64,000 nucleotides of DNA, from contig OY771506.1 of NCBI GenBank assembly GCA_963674705.1, forward strand, positions 416,001 through 480,000, in the 5' to 3' direction. This document shows positions 9,366 through 19,516 of this stretch, in pieces; positions within the stretch are counted from its first letter, which is position 1; every line of letters starts with the position of its first letter. Below the pieces are notes generated by a model. That model saw only the letters and a program-made list of their open reading frames with translations. It did no database searches and was not told where the DNA came from. The stretch comes from Phycisphaeraceae bacterium. Its GTDB lineage: Bacteria; Planctomycetota; Phycisphaerae; Phycisphaerales; Phycisphaeraceae. The position numbers and the translations under genes are program-made.

Positions 9366-11231
9366 ATGGAAACCGTCCGATCAGTGACACGCAGCATCAA
9401 GACATGGGGCGTGTCTGCCACCGTGGTCGTCATGACCGCCCTAACACCCGCACTGGCCGCACCGCCGGATGCGCTGTCCAAGACCCCCCAGGGCGCTCAA
9501 TTTGTCATGATCGTCCCGAGCATGTCCGAATTCAGCGGCAAGATCGCGATGATCAACCAGAACCTGGGTATCGACAGCCCGGAACTCGGTGACGCCCTCA
9601 GTTCGTTCAAGGCTGAGATCGGCATCAAGCAGGGTCTTAATGACGCCGGCTCCGCGATGGTGATCATCCAGGACCTGGCGACCGCGATCGAGACCAACGA
9701 AGAGCCTGACATCCTGATCGTCCTGCCGGTCACGGATTACCAGGCGTTTGTCAGTAACTTCCAGGCAGAAGGCGCCGCCCCTGCCGGTGAAGGCACCACG
9801 GAGATCACCATGCCCGACGGCCAGAGCGGCTTCGTCATGGAATCCGGCGGCTATGCCATCATGGGCAATAATGCAGAGGCCCTCGCTAACTATGCCCCCA
9901 TCGGCAAGGTCGAAGCCTTGACCGGCCGGATTGGTGAACAGGGCAAGTCATACCTGGAAAAATGCGATGCCGCGGTTTACCTCGACGTCAAAGCCATGGC
10001 CCCGATGCTGGCCAGCAAACTGGAAGAACAAGTCGCTGAGATGAAGGATAACTTCCAGCAGATGGCTGAGATGGGTATGGCTGACGAAGCCAGCCTCAAG
10101 AGCATGGACGCAGCCAGTTCGATGTATGCTTCGGCAGGTAAAGCCATTCTCGAAGGCGCCGACGGCCTGGTGATGGCGCTGGATATTTCCGACCACGGCA
10201 TCGGCCTGACCTACGCCGGCCAGTTCCAGCCCGAATCCAAGGTCATGCAATATCTGCCCGGCAGCAACACGAGCGTCGCCTCGACACTTGCCCGTTTGCC
10301 GCAGGGTTCTTACATCGCGGCCATGGCGTTCAACGCTGAGGCGTTTGATGTGACCAAACTCGCCGATGCCGTCTTCGCCGCGTTCCCTGAAGACGATCCG
10401 CAGATGGCGGTCTACCGCAAGGCTCAGCCGCTGATGGGACAGATGCAGCAAGTCGCGTGCGTGTTCTACACACCGGACCCCGCCGCCATGATGAGCGGCA
10501 CCGGCATGGTCAACGTGCTCCAGACCGTCAAGGTCAAGGACCCCGACACCTACATGGCAAAAGCCAAGCAGTACATGAAGGAACTGAACGGCACAACCAT
10601 CCCGATGGCAATGCCCATGGCCCAGGGTGGTGAAGCTCCGAGCATGAAGTACATCACCAGCTACACCGACAACGCTTTACAGTTGGATGGTGTGCAGATC
10701 GACCAGTACTCCATGCAGATGCAGATGCCCCAAGAGATGATGATGCAGATGGGCCCTGCCGCCGGCATGATGCAGATGTTCAGCAACTTCACCGGGTATG
10801 CCACCATGTTCGACGGGCATTACATCGCCAGCACCACACTCGATCAGCAACTGATGGCTAAGGGTCTGGCCGCCGCCAAGAACGGCGACGGCATCGGTAG
10901 CGGTGACACCGTCGCCGACGTCCGCGAAAAGGCCGTCCCCGAAGGCGCGATCGGTGAGGGTTATCTCAGCATCAGCGGCCTGATCGACACCCTCGCTCCC
11001 ATGGCGATGATGTTCGGCATGCCGCCGGTCGAAGCCCCTGAAAATCTGCCCCCCATCGCCGCCGGCCTGGGCATGCAGGACAACAGCGTGGCGCTACGCT
11101 TGTACGTGCCCAATGACACGACCAAGTTCATCATCGACACAGCCAAAGATATCCAGTCACAGATGATGATGGGCCCGCAAGGCCCCGCCCAGCAGCAGCC
11201 GGGTCAGGGCGCGCCCCCGCCGCCGTTCTGA
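9366..11231 (+). CDS. Exported Met/Ala-rich hypothetical protein
   Basis: AAGGAG RBS, signal peptide ending ALA-A, strong codon bias, Pro/Gln-rich C-terminus, terminator downstream. Confidence 0.75.
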   Translation: METVRSVTRSIKTWGVSATVVVMTALTPALAAPPDALSKTPQGAQFVMIVPSMSEFSGKIAMINQNLGIDSPELGDALSSFKAEIGIKQGLNDAGSAMVIIQDLATAIETNEEPDILIVLPVTDYQAFVSNFQAEGAAPAGEGTTEITMPDGQSGFVMESGGYAIMGNNAEALANYAPIGKVEALTGRIGEQGKSYLEKCDAAVYLDVKAMAPMLASKLEEQVAEMKDNFQQMAEMGMADEASLKSMDAASSMYASAGKAILEGADGLVMALDISDHGIGLTYAGQFQPESKVMQYLPGSNTSVASTLARLPQGSYIAAMAFNAEAFDVTKLADAVFAAFPEDDPQMAVYRKAQPLMGQMQQVACVFYTPDPAAMMSGTGMVNVLQTVKVKDPDTYMAKAKQYMKELNGTTIPMAMPMAQGGEAPSMKYITSYTDNALQLDGVQIDQYSMQMQMPQEMMMQMGPAAGMMQMFSNFTGYATMFDGHYIASTTLDQQLMAKGLAAAKNGDGIGSGDTVADVREKAVPEGAIGEGYLSISGLIDTLAPMAMMFGMPPVEAPENLPPIAAGLGMQDNSVALRLYVPNDTTKFIIDTAKDIQSQMMMGPQGPAQQQPGQGAPPPPF

Positions 11232-11264
11232 TTCATACGCTCAACCCACTGATTAACCACACCC

Positions 11265-11300
11265 AACCGGGCCTGCTTAAAAAGCAGTGCCCGGTTTTTT
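11265..11300 (+). terminator. Rho-independent terminator
   Basis: AACCGGGC-CTGC...GCAG-T-GCCCGGTT hairpin followed by a T run. Confidence 0.75.
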
Positions 11301-11405
11301 AGTATAATTTAAGGTTCCATCCGGCTTGTTATCGGTCGATTGATGAAAGTCGATCCCCCCGCCTGATAATCCATTGTTGAGTACAAAAGGACCGATGTTG
11401 TAGCC

Positions 11406-12476
11406 ATGCCCGCCATGTCCAAGCCACAGAAACCTGTGTTCATTCTTGGCAATCCCCGATCCGGTACCTCCCTGCTGGGCCGGATGATCAATTGCCATCC
11501 CAATATCGCCGTGCCGTATGAGGCGCACATCTACAACACGTTCTGGCTGTTCAACCAACGCTATGAGCCGCTTTCTGATCCGGCCCGTCAACGCAGGTTG
11601 GCCTTGGACATGATGTCGCTGCGCGTCAATCGTTTCTGGGAAAATCCACCACGTATCGAGCATGTGCTCGAAGCCGTCGAACGCGAGAGCTTCCACGGTG
11701 TGTTCGAAGCGCTGATGACAAGCTGGCTGAAAAGCCGGAACAAACCACGCTGGGGTGAAAAGACCCCACAGAACGGTCCACACTGGCGCGCGATCAGCGA
11801 AGGTTTTCCCGACGCGCAATTCATCCACCTCGTACGTGACGGCCGTGACTGTGCGCTATCCTGGATCAACGCAAACTTCGGCCCGAAACTCACGTACCCC
11901 GCCGCCGTCAAGTGGGCCGCCTATGTTGATGACATGCAGGTGATGAAACAAACGCTTGGTCCGCAGCGTGTGATCGAGGTGCGTTACGAAGACCTCATCT
12001 CCGATATCGACACGACGCTGCACGCGATCTGCGAATTCCTTGGTGAGCCATACGACCCGGCCATGAAAGCGTTTTACAAAAGCGAAGACACCTACATGAC
12101 CGAACGTCGGAACAACGAAAAACTCAAACAGCCGGTCATGACATCGAACACGGACAAGTGGAAAAAGAAGATGAGCGAACGTAACCAGCGCATCTTCGAG
12201 GCGCTGGCGGGCAAGCAACTGCAGCGCTACGGCTACCCCCGGCTGTACCCGGACGCGACGGCCGGTGCATGGGACCGCCTGCGCGATACAAAACTGCTGC
12301 ATCCACCGCTGCGTGCCATGGCGATGATAAAAAACATCAAAGGCTGGGGTGACAGTTTCGCCGTCCAACGCGCCAAATGGCGATTAAAGCTGGCCCGTCA
12401 ATCCATTAATGGTTTACTCATATTGTCTGACAGCGCATTGTTACAACTGATCATACAGGAAGGGTATCTGACATAA
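11406..12476 (+). CDS. PAPS-dependent sulfotransferase
   Basis: FILGNPRSGTSLL (5'-PSB), WGEKTP, HLVRDGRD (3'-PB), VRYEDL. Confidence 0.92.
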   Translation: MPAMSKPQKPVFILGNPRSGTSLLGRMINCHPNIAVPYEAHIYNTFWLFNQRYEPLSDPARQRRLALDMMSLRVNRFWENPPRIEHVLEAVERESFHGVFEALMTSWLKSRNKPRWGEKTPQNGPHWRAISEGFPDAQFIHLVRDGRDCALSWINANFGPKLTYPAAVKWAAYVDDMQVMKQTLGPQRVIEVRYEDLISDIDTTLHAICEFLGEPYDPAMKAFYKSEDTYMTERRNNEKLKQPVMTSNTDKWKKKMSERNQRIFEALAGKQLQRYGYPRLYPDATAGAWDRLRDTKLLHPPLRAMAMIKNIKGWGDSFAVQRAKWRLKLARQSINGLLILSDSALLQLIIQEGYLT

Positions 12477-12560
12477 TCAGGCGAAATTGAAAGAAGTACT
12501 GGATCGCTACGGGCCTGAATTTTATAATTATTGGGCTGTGTTGATGGATTCAGATTTACC

Positions 12561-13589
12561 ATGATCCAATCAGCCTCAAAAACAAGTCCCATTTTCCTGC
12601 TGGGCAACGCCCGGTCGGGTACGTCGTTACTGAGCAGGATGCTCAACAGCCATCCGCGTATCTGCGTCCCCTACGAAGCGCACGTTTACAACATCTTCTG
12701 GGATTACCGCGACCGATATGAACCGCTCAGCGATCCGGACCGCCAGCGCATGCTGATCAAGGATGTGTTATCGATGCGCGTTTACCGGGACTGGGCGCAA
12801 CCGCCGGAAGTCGATGATGTGATGGATCGGATCAAACGGCATAACTTCCATGGCATCTTCGAGGCGATCATGGACGCCTGGGCCCAGATACAGAACAAGC
12901 CCCGCTGGGGTGAGAAAACGCCGCACAACGGCAGCTACTGGCGCGCCATCAACGAGGGTTTCCCAAACGCCAAGTTTATCCACCTCGTGCGCGACGGTCG
13001 CGATTGCGCGTTATCCATCATCAACGCACGCTTCGGACCGAAACTCGTCTACCCCGCCGCCATCCGATGGATGAACTATCTCAATACCATGAACGAAATG
13101 CGGCAAACACTGCCGGCCGACCGCGTCTACGAGTTGCGCTATGAAGACCTGCTGGCCGATTCTGAAAAAGAATTACGGGCGCTGTGTGAATACCTCGGCG
13201 AAGAATATGCACCGTCCATGCTCGAGTATCACTCGCACAAAGACAACTACATGACCGACCAACGCAACCGCGCCAACCTCAAAAAGCCGGTCTTGACCAA
13301 CAACACACAGAAGTGGCGGCGCAGAATGTCCGCCTTCGATCAGGCAATCTTCGAAGCGGTCGCTCGCGAGCAACTCGAACGCTACGACTACCCCACGCTG
13401 TATCCCGATGCGTGTATCAGCCACTGGCAGCACATCAAATACAAGTACGTGTTGCACCCGCCACTGCGTGCTATGGCGATGATGAAAAACACCAAGGGAT
13501 GGGGCGACGGTCTCATCCGCATGCGCGTGAAGTTACGCCTTATGCTCACGCCGCACCACAATCACAAGCCGGCCGAACAACCCGTCTGA
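12561..13589 (+). CDS. PAPS-dependent sulfotransferase, tandem paralog
   Basis: LLGNARSGTSLL, WGEKTP, HLVRDGRD, LRYEDL; collinear with the upstream gene. Confidence 0.92.
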   Translation: MIQSASKTSPIFLLGNARSGTSLLSRMLNSHPRICVPYEAHVYNIFWDYRDRYEPLSDPDRQRMLIKDVLSMRVYRDWAQPPEVDDVMDRIKRHNFHGIFEAIMDAWAQIQNKPRWGEKTPHNGSYWRAINEGFPNAKFIHLVRDGRDCALSIINARFGPKLVYPAAIRWMNYLNTMNEMRQTLPADRVYELRYEDLLADSEKELRALCEYLGEEYAPSMLEYHSHKDNYMTDQRNRANLKKPVLTNNTQKWRRRMSAFDQAIFEAVAREQLERYDYPTLYPDACISHWQHIKYKYVLHPPLRAMAMMKNTKGWGDGLIRMRVKLRLMLTPHHNHKPAEQPV

Positions 13590-13636
13590 TCGGTGATCTG
13601 ACCTTCAATCTGCTATCCGTGAAAACAAGCCGTCGC

Positions 13637-14170
13637 TCAGGCAGCGATGTCCTGTCTCAGACATTGGGCCGCAAAGTCCAGCACATCGAGCGTGGCATAT
13701 GGCACGTCGTAATCACCTTCCATCAGGTCATCGTGACGTGCCCAGACCACGTCTCTGCCCTCGGGCGAAGGCTGAACAGACTCCGCTTCAGCAAGATACG
13801 CCATTGTGAGTTTTGAAATGCCGCGGGCATTGAAGTGCTCGAAGCGAACCAGAGGCCCAAGGATCCGGACCGCCGCGCCCGCCTCTTCCAGGCACTCACG
13901 CTTGGCCGCCTTGGCAAGTGTCTCGCCGTAGTCGACGTGCCCGCCCGGTAGCACGAACTGGTCCGGGTCACTCTTACGCGAAACCAGCAGGAACTCGACC
14001 CGACCCTTGCGCATCCGGAACACAACCACAGCCGCTCGCTCGCAACGATGTGCCAGCTTGCTGCGACTAACCGTGTTCGTAGGCAAACGTCTCAACCTGC
14101 GCCTCCGAGAGGTCCTGTCTTTCCCCCGACCGTGTGGCCGCTTCACAACTCGCTTTGGGTATGTACTCAC
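13637..14170 (-). CDS. NUDIX hydrolase
   Basis: Nudix box GGHVDYGETLAKAAKRECLEEAG; Arg-rich N-terminus, start uncertain. Confidence 0.88.
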   Translation of the reverse strand: MSTYPKRVVKRPHGRGKDRTSRRRRLRRLPTNTVSRSKLAHRCERAAVVVFRMRKGRVEFLLVSRKSDPDQFVLPGGHVDYGETLAKAAKRECLEEAGAAVRILGPLVRFEHFNARGISKLTMAYLAEAESVQPSPEGRDVVWARHDDLMEGDYDVPYATLDVLDFAAQCLRQDIAA

Positions 14171-14430
14171 ACGCCAGCCATCGGTTCAGTAACTACACGG
14201 GTTAACTTTCACACGTGCTAGAAACCCGCTAAAAGTGCTTATCGGACGCGGTATCGCTAAATCTTGAGCTGTAACTCGAGATTAACACTACCTTAACTCC
14301 TCGCCCCACCTGTCAGACATGAGCCCGAACGGTCTTCTGTTGAACATGAGAGGTGTTGATCCACCCTATTCAGACAACAAGCCTGCCCGTACGTCAGACT
14401 ATATAGATACCCGGATTCAAGGAGCCGTCC

Positions 14431-15015
14431 ATGCCTTTGCGACAAATCTTACTGGCAGTGATGCTGTTGATCCTGTCTGCTGCAACATTGGCCTACGCAC
14501 TCGGGGCAGATCACACGGGACCCGTCGGCGGAACAAATCACTGGCCCCAAGGCCTGAAGGATCTTGCCAACCGGCCTAATCGTGTGCATGGTTACTTTGT
14601 CAATAGTCAGGACGTCTTCTTCTACACCGGCAATACCGATGCCTTAAACGACTTCCTGAAAAAATACGCCGCCCTTAAGAACACCAGCTTGCTTGTCGTA
14701 CTGCATCCGGGTCGCAAGCCTGTGTCTTCTCCCTGGGACAAAACACCCAGAGGCTTGTTTGCAGACTGGACACTGCATACCGGCAATGAATTTGAACTGA
14801 ATGAGCAAGGAAAGTTACAGGTGACGCCGTTTGAGACGTGCGTGGAGGTCTGGCTGGGCGGCGATGTAAAACTGGAAGAACTCGATGTGCCTGCCGTGCT
14901 CCCGGTCAAGTCAGGGGGAGAGATCGAAGCCTTCATCATGGCGCACGAGAAGTGGCGTGGTAGCAGCCAGGAGAAAGTCAAGCCATTGAATGCTGACCAA
15001 CCGCCAGCCGAATAA
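14431..15015 (+). CDS. Secreted hypothetical protein
   Basis: AAGGAG RBS and signal peptide (AYA-L). Confidence 0.7.
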   Translation: MPLRQILLAVMLLILSAATLAYALGADHTGPVGGTNHWPQGLKDLANRPNRVHGYFVNSQDVFFYTGNTDALNDFLKKYAALKNTSLLVVLHPGRKPVSSPWDKTPRGLFADWTLHTGNEFELNEQGKLQVTPFETCVEVWLGGDVKLEELDVPAVLPVKSGGEIEAFIMAHEKWRGSSQEKVKPLNADQPPAE

Positions 15016-15049
15016 CCATCAGCCCGGTTCGCCGCTATAGTGGCGGGCG

Positions 15050-16051
15050 ATGTTCGTCTACGCAGGCATCGACGAAGCCGGCTACGGCCCACTGCTGGGG
15101 CCCCTGGTCATCGGCCGCTCCATCCTGACCATCCCCAAACTCGACCACGACGCCCCCACCCCCGACCTGTGGCTGCGCCTTGGTAAAGCCGTCTGCAAAC
15201 GGCTCTCCGACAAGGCGGGCCGGATCGCCATCAACGATTCCAAGAAACTCACCACCAAAGCCGCCGGCATCAAACATCTTGAACTCGGCTGCCTCGCGTT
15301 TGCCGGCCTGGCCCAGTCACAAGATCAACCGCTCCAATCCCTGAGCGACTGGCTTAACCACATCGGCGTCAACACACATCACTCGCCCGACCTGCTGCCA
15401 TGGTACGCCGCGACAGATGACTACCCCTGGCAGACGCTACCGACTGCGCAAACCGCAGGTGAAGTCGCCGTCGCGACAGGCATGCTGCGAAACTGCACGC
15501 AGCGCATCGGCATCGAATTCGCGGGCTTCGGCGCCGCTGTCGTATTTGAAGATCGCTTCAACCAGATGGTCGCCGCGACACATTCCAAGGCCTCCGTCAG
15601 CTTCACCTTCGTCGCCGGACACATCCTCCACGTCTGGCAACACTACGCGCAGCACCACCCAACCATCATCATCGACCGCCAAGGCGGCCGAACGCATTAC
15701 CGCGAACAACTCGCGCAGAGCTTCCCCGATACACAAGTCGATGTTGTTGAAGAAAACAACACCTGCTCCCGTTACCTCATGTACGACCTGCACGATAAAC
15801 AACGTGCCATGAACATCAGCTTCATGGTCGAGGCTGAGCAGCAACACATGCCCGTCGCCCTTGCATCCATGGCAAGCAAATACACCCGTGAAATGTTCAT
15901 GGCCCGCCTCAACCATTACTTCATCGAGCGCCTCCCCGACCTCAAGCCCACCGCAGGCTACGCCAAGGACGGCAAACGCTTCCTGGAGGACCTCGCCCCC
16001 CACCTGCCCGAACTAAACCTCACCGAATCTCAGCTCCGCCGCTGTTCATAA
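15050..16051 (+). CDS. Ribonuclease HII-like protein (divergent)
   Basis: AGIDEAGYGPLLGP, INDSKKL, VALASMASKYTRE, TAGY match RNase H2 motifs, with long insertions. Confidence 0.75.
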   Translation: MFVYAGIDEAGYGPLLGPLVIGRSILTIPKLDHDAPTPDLWLRLGKAVCKRLSDKAGRIAINDSKKLTTKAAGIKHLELGCLAFAGLAQSQDQPLQSLSDWLNHIGVNTHHSPDLLPWYAATDDYPWQTLPTAQTAGEVAVATGMLRNCTQRIGIEFAGFGAAVVFEDRFNQMVAATHSKASVSFTFVAGHILHVWQHYAQHHPTIIIDRQGGRTHYREQLAQSFPDTQVDVVEENNTCSRYLMYDLHDKQRAMNISFMVEAEQQHMPVALASMASKYTREMFMARLNHYFIERLPDLKPTAGYAKDGKRFLEDLAPHLPELNLTESQLRRCS

Positions 16052-16135
16052 TCCTACTCTGTCCAGTCTTTCCTGGCCGCGTTGCGACGCAATGCGGGCG
16101 GTCACCTGATACGATGGTTAGATAACGAATTGACT

Positions 16136-17449
16136 TCAGTGGTCAATTGGGCCAGTAACTGCCTTAAGCAGCACGCCGGTGCCGCCGGCGATGTTGAGCG
16201 TTGCTTGCTGATCCTGCATCGGCAGATCGCCGGTTTCGCCATCGAGCCAACTCAACACGTCAACACGTACGACGTTGTCAGCGAAGTACAGCGTCACTTC
16301 GTCGGTCAATTCGGCAGCGGTCTTGTCCATGCCGTGGCGTTTGTTCACGACCATGGCGTACTGCGCACCCTCCGGGTCTTCGAAGAAGCCGATCAGAACA
16401 TTGCGGGCCTTCAGCTCGGTGATCCAGTAGGTGTCGGGTGTGAAGGGTTTACCGGCATCGGGTGGCTTGTTGTGTACGACCGCGGTGCTGCGCAACTTCA
16501 GCAACGTGTCTCCCACTTTCAGCACCGCATGGTTGATGTCCTTGACGACATCGTATAACTCCGTCGGCGAACCGTCGGCCGGGTCGACGATGGCGACTTT
16601 ATCCCATCGATCCCAGTCGGTGGGCCCCCAATAGGTGAAGTACCAGAGCCCCTTGGCGCCGTAGGCGAGGTTGGTGAATTGCTTGTAGCGCACGTCGCTC
16701 TCACTCGGCCGACGGTAGTGAGCGTGCTTGATCGTTAGCGCGAACGCCCAGAAAGGCACATCATGTTCGAGGCTCTTTCGGCGAAATAATTCGAGATTGG
16801 CGAAGTGCTCATTCTGCTTCGTGGCGCCGTCGGCCAGCATGATGTAGTTGTCGTAGCTGAGGATCGGTAGACCATTACGCACAGCAACATCGATAACCGC
16901 TTCGGTATCGGGCTGGCCTTGCGCGAAAGGTGGGAGCATGTTGAAGAGCGTCCAGCATGCCGGGTCCTGGCGCATCAGTTCATTAACGGCGCGGATGGAT
17001 TGCATGACCGCGGCCGGACCCTGCGGTTCGTCATTGGTGATCCAGCCCACGGGTTCGATACCGTGTTTGGAGTAGTCGACTTCGCGGTGTTTGAGGATGA
17101 AACCCTGCGCCTGCCGGAAGGGCATCACGTCGAGCCCGGTTTCTTTTGCAAAGCGCATGGCCCGGTTGAAGCCGGTGTCTGGGTTGGCGGCGTAGAGAGT
17201 GAAGCCGGCATCCTTATATCGCTGAAAATCCTCGAGCGTCGCGGTCCCGGGCGGGCCCCACCATGCGATGAGGGGAAACCGCGTGAAGCGCCAGGGCTCA
17301 CGTGGGACAGGCGGGAGTTGCAGAGTCGTGAAGTCGGCCATCGCATCACTCGCCTGGGCCTGGTCGGCTCGAACGGCATTCGTGATACCGGCTAAGCACA
17401 TTACCCATGACACCAGCATCAGACACACAGGATATATGTTCGTTTTCAT
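16136..17449 (-). CDS. Secreted putative glycoside hydrolase (TIM barrel)
   Basis: Signal peptide; GWITNDEP, LSYDNY, LAYGAKGLWYFTYW resemble GH-A-like barrels. Confidence 0.55.
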   Translation of the reverse strand: MKTNIYPVCLMLVSWVMCLAGITNAVRADQAQASDAMADFTTLQLPPVPREPWRFTRFPLIAWWGPPGTATLEDFQRYKDAGFTLYAANPDTGFNRAMRFAKETGLDVMPFRQAQGFILKHREVDYSKHGIEPVGWITNDEPQGPAAVMQSIRAVNELMRQDPACWTLFNMLPPFAQGQPDTEAVIDVAVRNGLPILSYDNYIMLADGATKQNEHFANLELFRRKSLEHDVPFWAFALTIKHAHYRRPSESDVRYKQFTNLAYGAKGLWYFTYWGPTDWDRWDKVAIVDPADGSPTELYDVVKDINHAVLKVGDTLLKLRSTAVVHNKPPDAGKPFTPDTYWITELKARNVLIGFFEDPEGAQYAMVVNKRHGMDKTAAELTDEVTLYFADNVVRVDVLSWLDGETGDLPMQDQQATLNIAGGTGVLLKAVTGPIDH

Positions 17450-17643
17450 CGCTATATTTTATAACATCAGAATGACATCCCCGTGTCGGTCAGTTGTAGA
17501 TCCTGACCTGCTGTCGGACCACCGGATTGAGAGCCGAACGCCTTACCTACCAATCACACCAACCAACACTCAACGACCATCCCTCTTTCGTCGCCGAGTT
17601 ACGACGCAACACAGGCACACGCCCTGCCCCCAATCCTTGCCCC

Positions 17644-17671
17644 TTGACGCCCGGCTGAATCTACTTATCCT
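17644..17671 (+). promoter_or_regulatory. Sigma70-like promoter for tRNA-Glu
   Basis: TTGACG-N16-TATCCT about 22 nt upstream of the tRNA. Confidence 0.55.
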
Positions 17672-17693
17672 TAACGATTCGCCCGGCCCAGAT

Positions 17694-17766
17694 GCCCCCA
17701 TCGTCTAGTGGCCCAGGACGCCAGGTTCTCATCCTGGAAACAGGGGTTCGACTCCCCTTGGGGGTA
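17694..17766 (+). tRNA. tRNA-Glu (anticodon CTC)
   Basis: GCCCCCA/TGGGGGT acceptor stem, CCAGG-TTCTCAT-CCTGG anticodon arm, AGGGG-TTCGACT-CCCCT T arm; CCA not encoded. Confidence 0.96.
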
Positions 17767-17988
17767 CTTTCCCTTCAGACCTGTGATGCGACGGCTCCGA
17801 CCATGCTCGATCGGTCTTGACTGTCAGCCCGTGCGTCCGTTTTCGTGATGGTTGGGACGTCGGCGTGAAGACGCGATGGTTGTCGAGCTTGCCATGAATA
17901 TGTCAACTCCGTCAGGATCTGGCGCCCCGATCTATGTGAAATTTTCGTATCATCTGTCATGTCACGAAACTGACATAAGGGGGCTTCT

Positions 17989-19470
17989 ATGTTTTTCCGG
18001 CTGACGCTTGCAGTGTTTGTTGCTTCGGCTATTTTGGGTTTGTCTGCGGCATCTGCCCAGCAAGCCTCAGGCAACACGGGCAGCCTATCCTTCCGTGAAG
18101 TACTCACCGGGGAGCCTTACAGTCAACGATTCCAACAGGCGTTGGATAGCTTGCCGAGCGTGCAAGCGTTGGAAGCTTCAAAGATGCCGGTTTCCGGCGC
18201 TCATATCACCGGGTTCAACCCCGGACATCAGGCGGAAGGCCTGAACATACAGATCGACGACGTGATTGTTTCGATCGACGGCCATCTTTGCTGGGCGAGT
18301 TGGGTCAACTGGCAGAGGAGCAATCAACCTCAATCGTTGCGGATAGTGACAAAAGACGGCAAAGAACGGGTCATGCAGATCGCACCGGGGATGATCGGCG
18401 TACAGCACATCAATTACCGCCGACCCGAACTGGCGTACATCCGTCGGCCCGATCGAAACGTAGACATGGATGAACTCGTACTCGTGGGCCTGATGATGCG
18501 CAGCGCAGACCCCGACCTGGCGGAAACCGCGTGGTATCACGCCATCCAGACGGGCTATGTCCCCGATGATCTATCCGATGCTTGTCTGGCAATCATCGCC
18601 AATCAGCAGGGCCGATTCGATGTTGCGGTCGAAGCCGCCCTGCACGTTCCCGCTATCGATGCGGAACACCCCTACCGACTTTATCCCGACGAGATCATCA
18701 AGATCGCCCTGCCGCTTGGACGGTTCGACTTGCTGCTCGACATGGACCCACGAATGCGCGAGCAAGTCGGTATCGATAGCCGGCGGTTTGAAGCCTTGGT
18801 GAACGTGCTGAAGAACAACACCGCCTCGCCGCCCTCACCGATCGCATCTGCCGAAAAGATGAACAAGATCGACCAGATGGACTCGGCATTCGTGATAGAT
18901 GATCTTGCGTTGAATACCGGCCGTGACGACCACGGCCTACTCGCTGAGGGCTCTACCGAGATAAACATGCCGCAAGGCGAATACACCAGCTGCTACCTCG
19001 GATTTAGAAAACCCAGCAAAAATATCGACCTGACCATCCGGTTCTCGATGACCGCTCAGCCTCAACAAACGAAGTTATCCAACATATTTGAAGTCAAACT
19101 TCTGGATCGAGATTATCGAAGACGCCACGGGATCAACATGGACAAGATGTCGGCGCTACAACTAAGACGCCGCTCAACCAACATGGGTTTTGATGTCGCA
19201 TGTGATGAGAAGGGACTGACGCAGTACTGTGTTTATTTTGGAAACAAATCTACAGGACATTGGTACGAAAAACCAGACATCGATCTCGCACAACCCGTCG
19301 ACTTTGAAGTACGTATCACCAAACTGGATGACTTTGCTGAGCTGCAGGTCAACGGCAAAACCATCGCGCTGACCCCCGTGCTCGAACCCACCGAACAACA
19401 CGGCCTGATCTTCTGGATCGTTGGCTCACATGTTCAGATCCACGAGCTGAAGGTTTATGGGCTTGAGTAA
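17989..19470 (+). CDS. Secreted protein with PDZ-like N-domain and beta-rich C-domain
   Basis: Signal peptide; GAHITGFNPGHQAEGLNIQIDDVIVSIDG is PDZ-like; helical middle; beta-strand-rich end. Confidence 0.55.
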   Translation: MFFRLTLAVFVASAILGLSAASAQQASGNTGSLSFREVLTGEPYSQRFQQALDSLPSVQALEASKMPVSGAHITGFNPGHQAEGLNIQIDDVIVSIDGHLCWASWVNWQRSNQPQSLRIVTKDGKERVMQIAPGMIGVQHINYRRPELAYIRRPDRNVDMDELVLVGLMMRSADPDLAETAWYHAIQTGYVPDDLSDACLAIIANQQGRFDVAVEAALHVPAIDAEHPYRLYPDEIIKIALPLGRFDLLLDMDPRMREQVGIDSRRFEALVNVLKNNTASPPSPIASAEKMNKIDQMDSAFVIDDLALNTGRDDHGLLAEGSTEINMPQGEYTSCYLGFRKPSKNIDLTIRFSMTAQPQQTKLSNIFEVKLLDRDYRRRHGINMDKMSALQLRRRSTNMGFDVACDEKGLTQYCVYFGNKSTGHWYEKPDIDLAQPVDFEVRITKLDDFAELQVNGKTIALTPVLEPTEQHGLIFWIVGSHVQIHELKVYGLE

Positions 19471-19516
19471 ATGATTAACCAACCTGGCCGCAGTTCAATC
19501 ACACCTGTCGGCTGAT

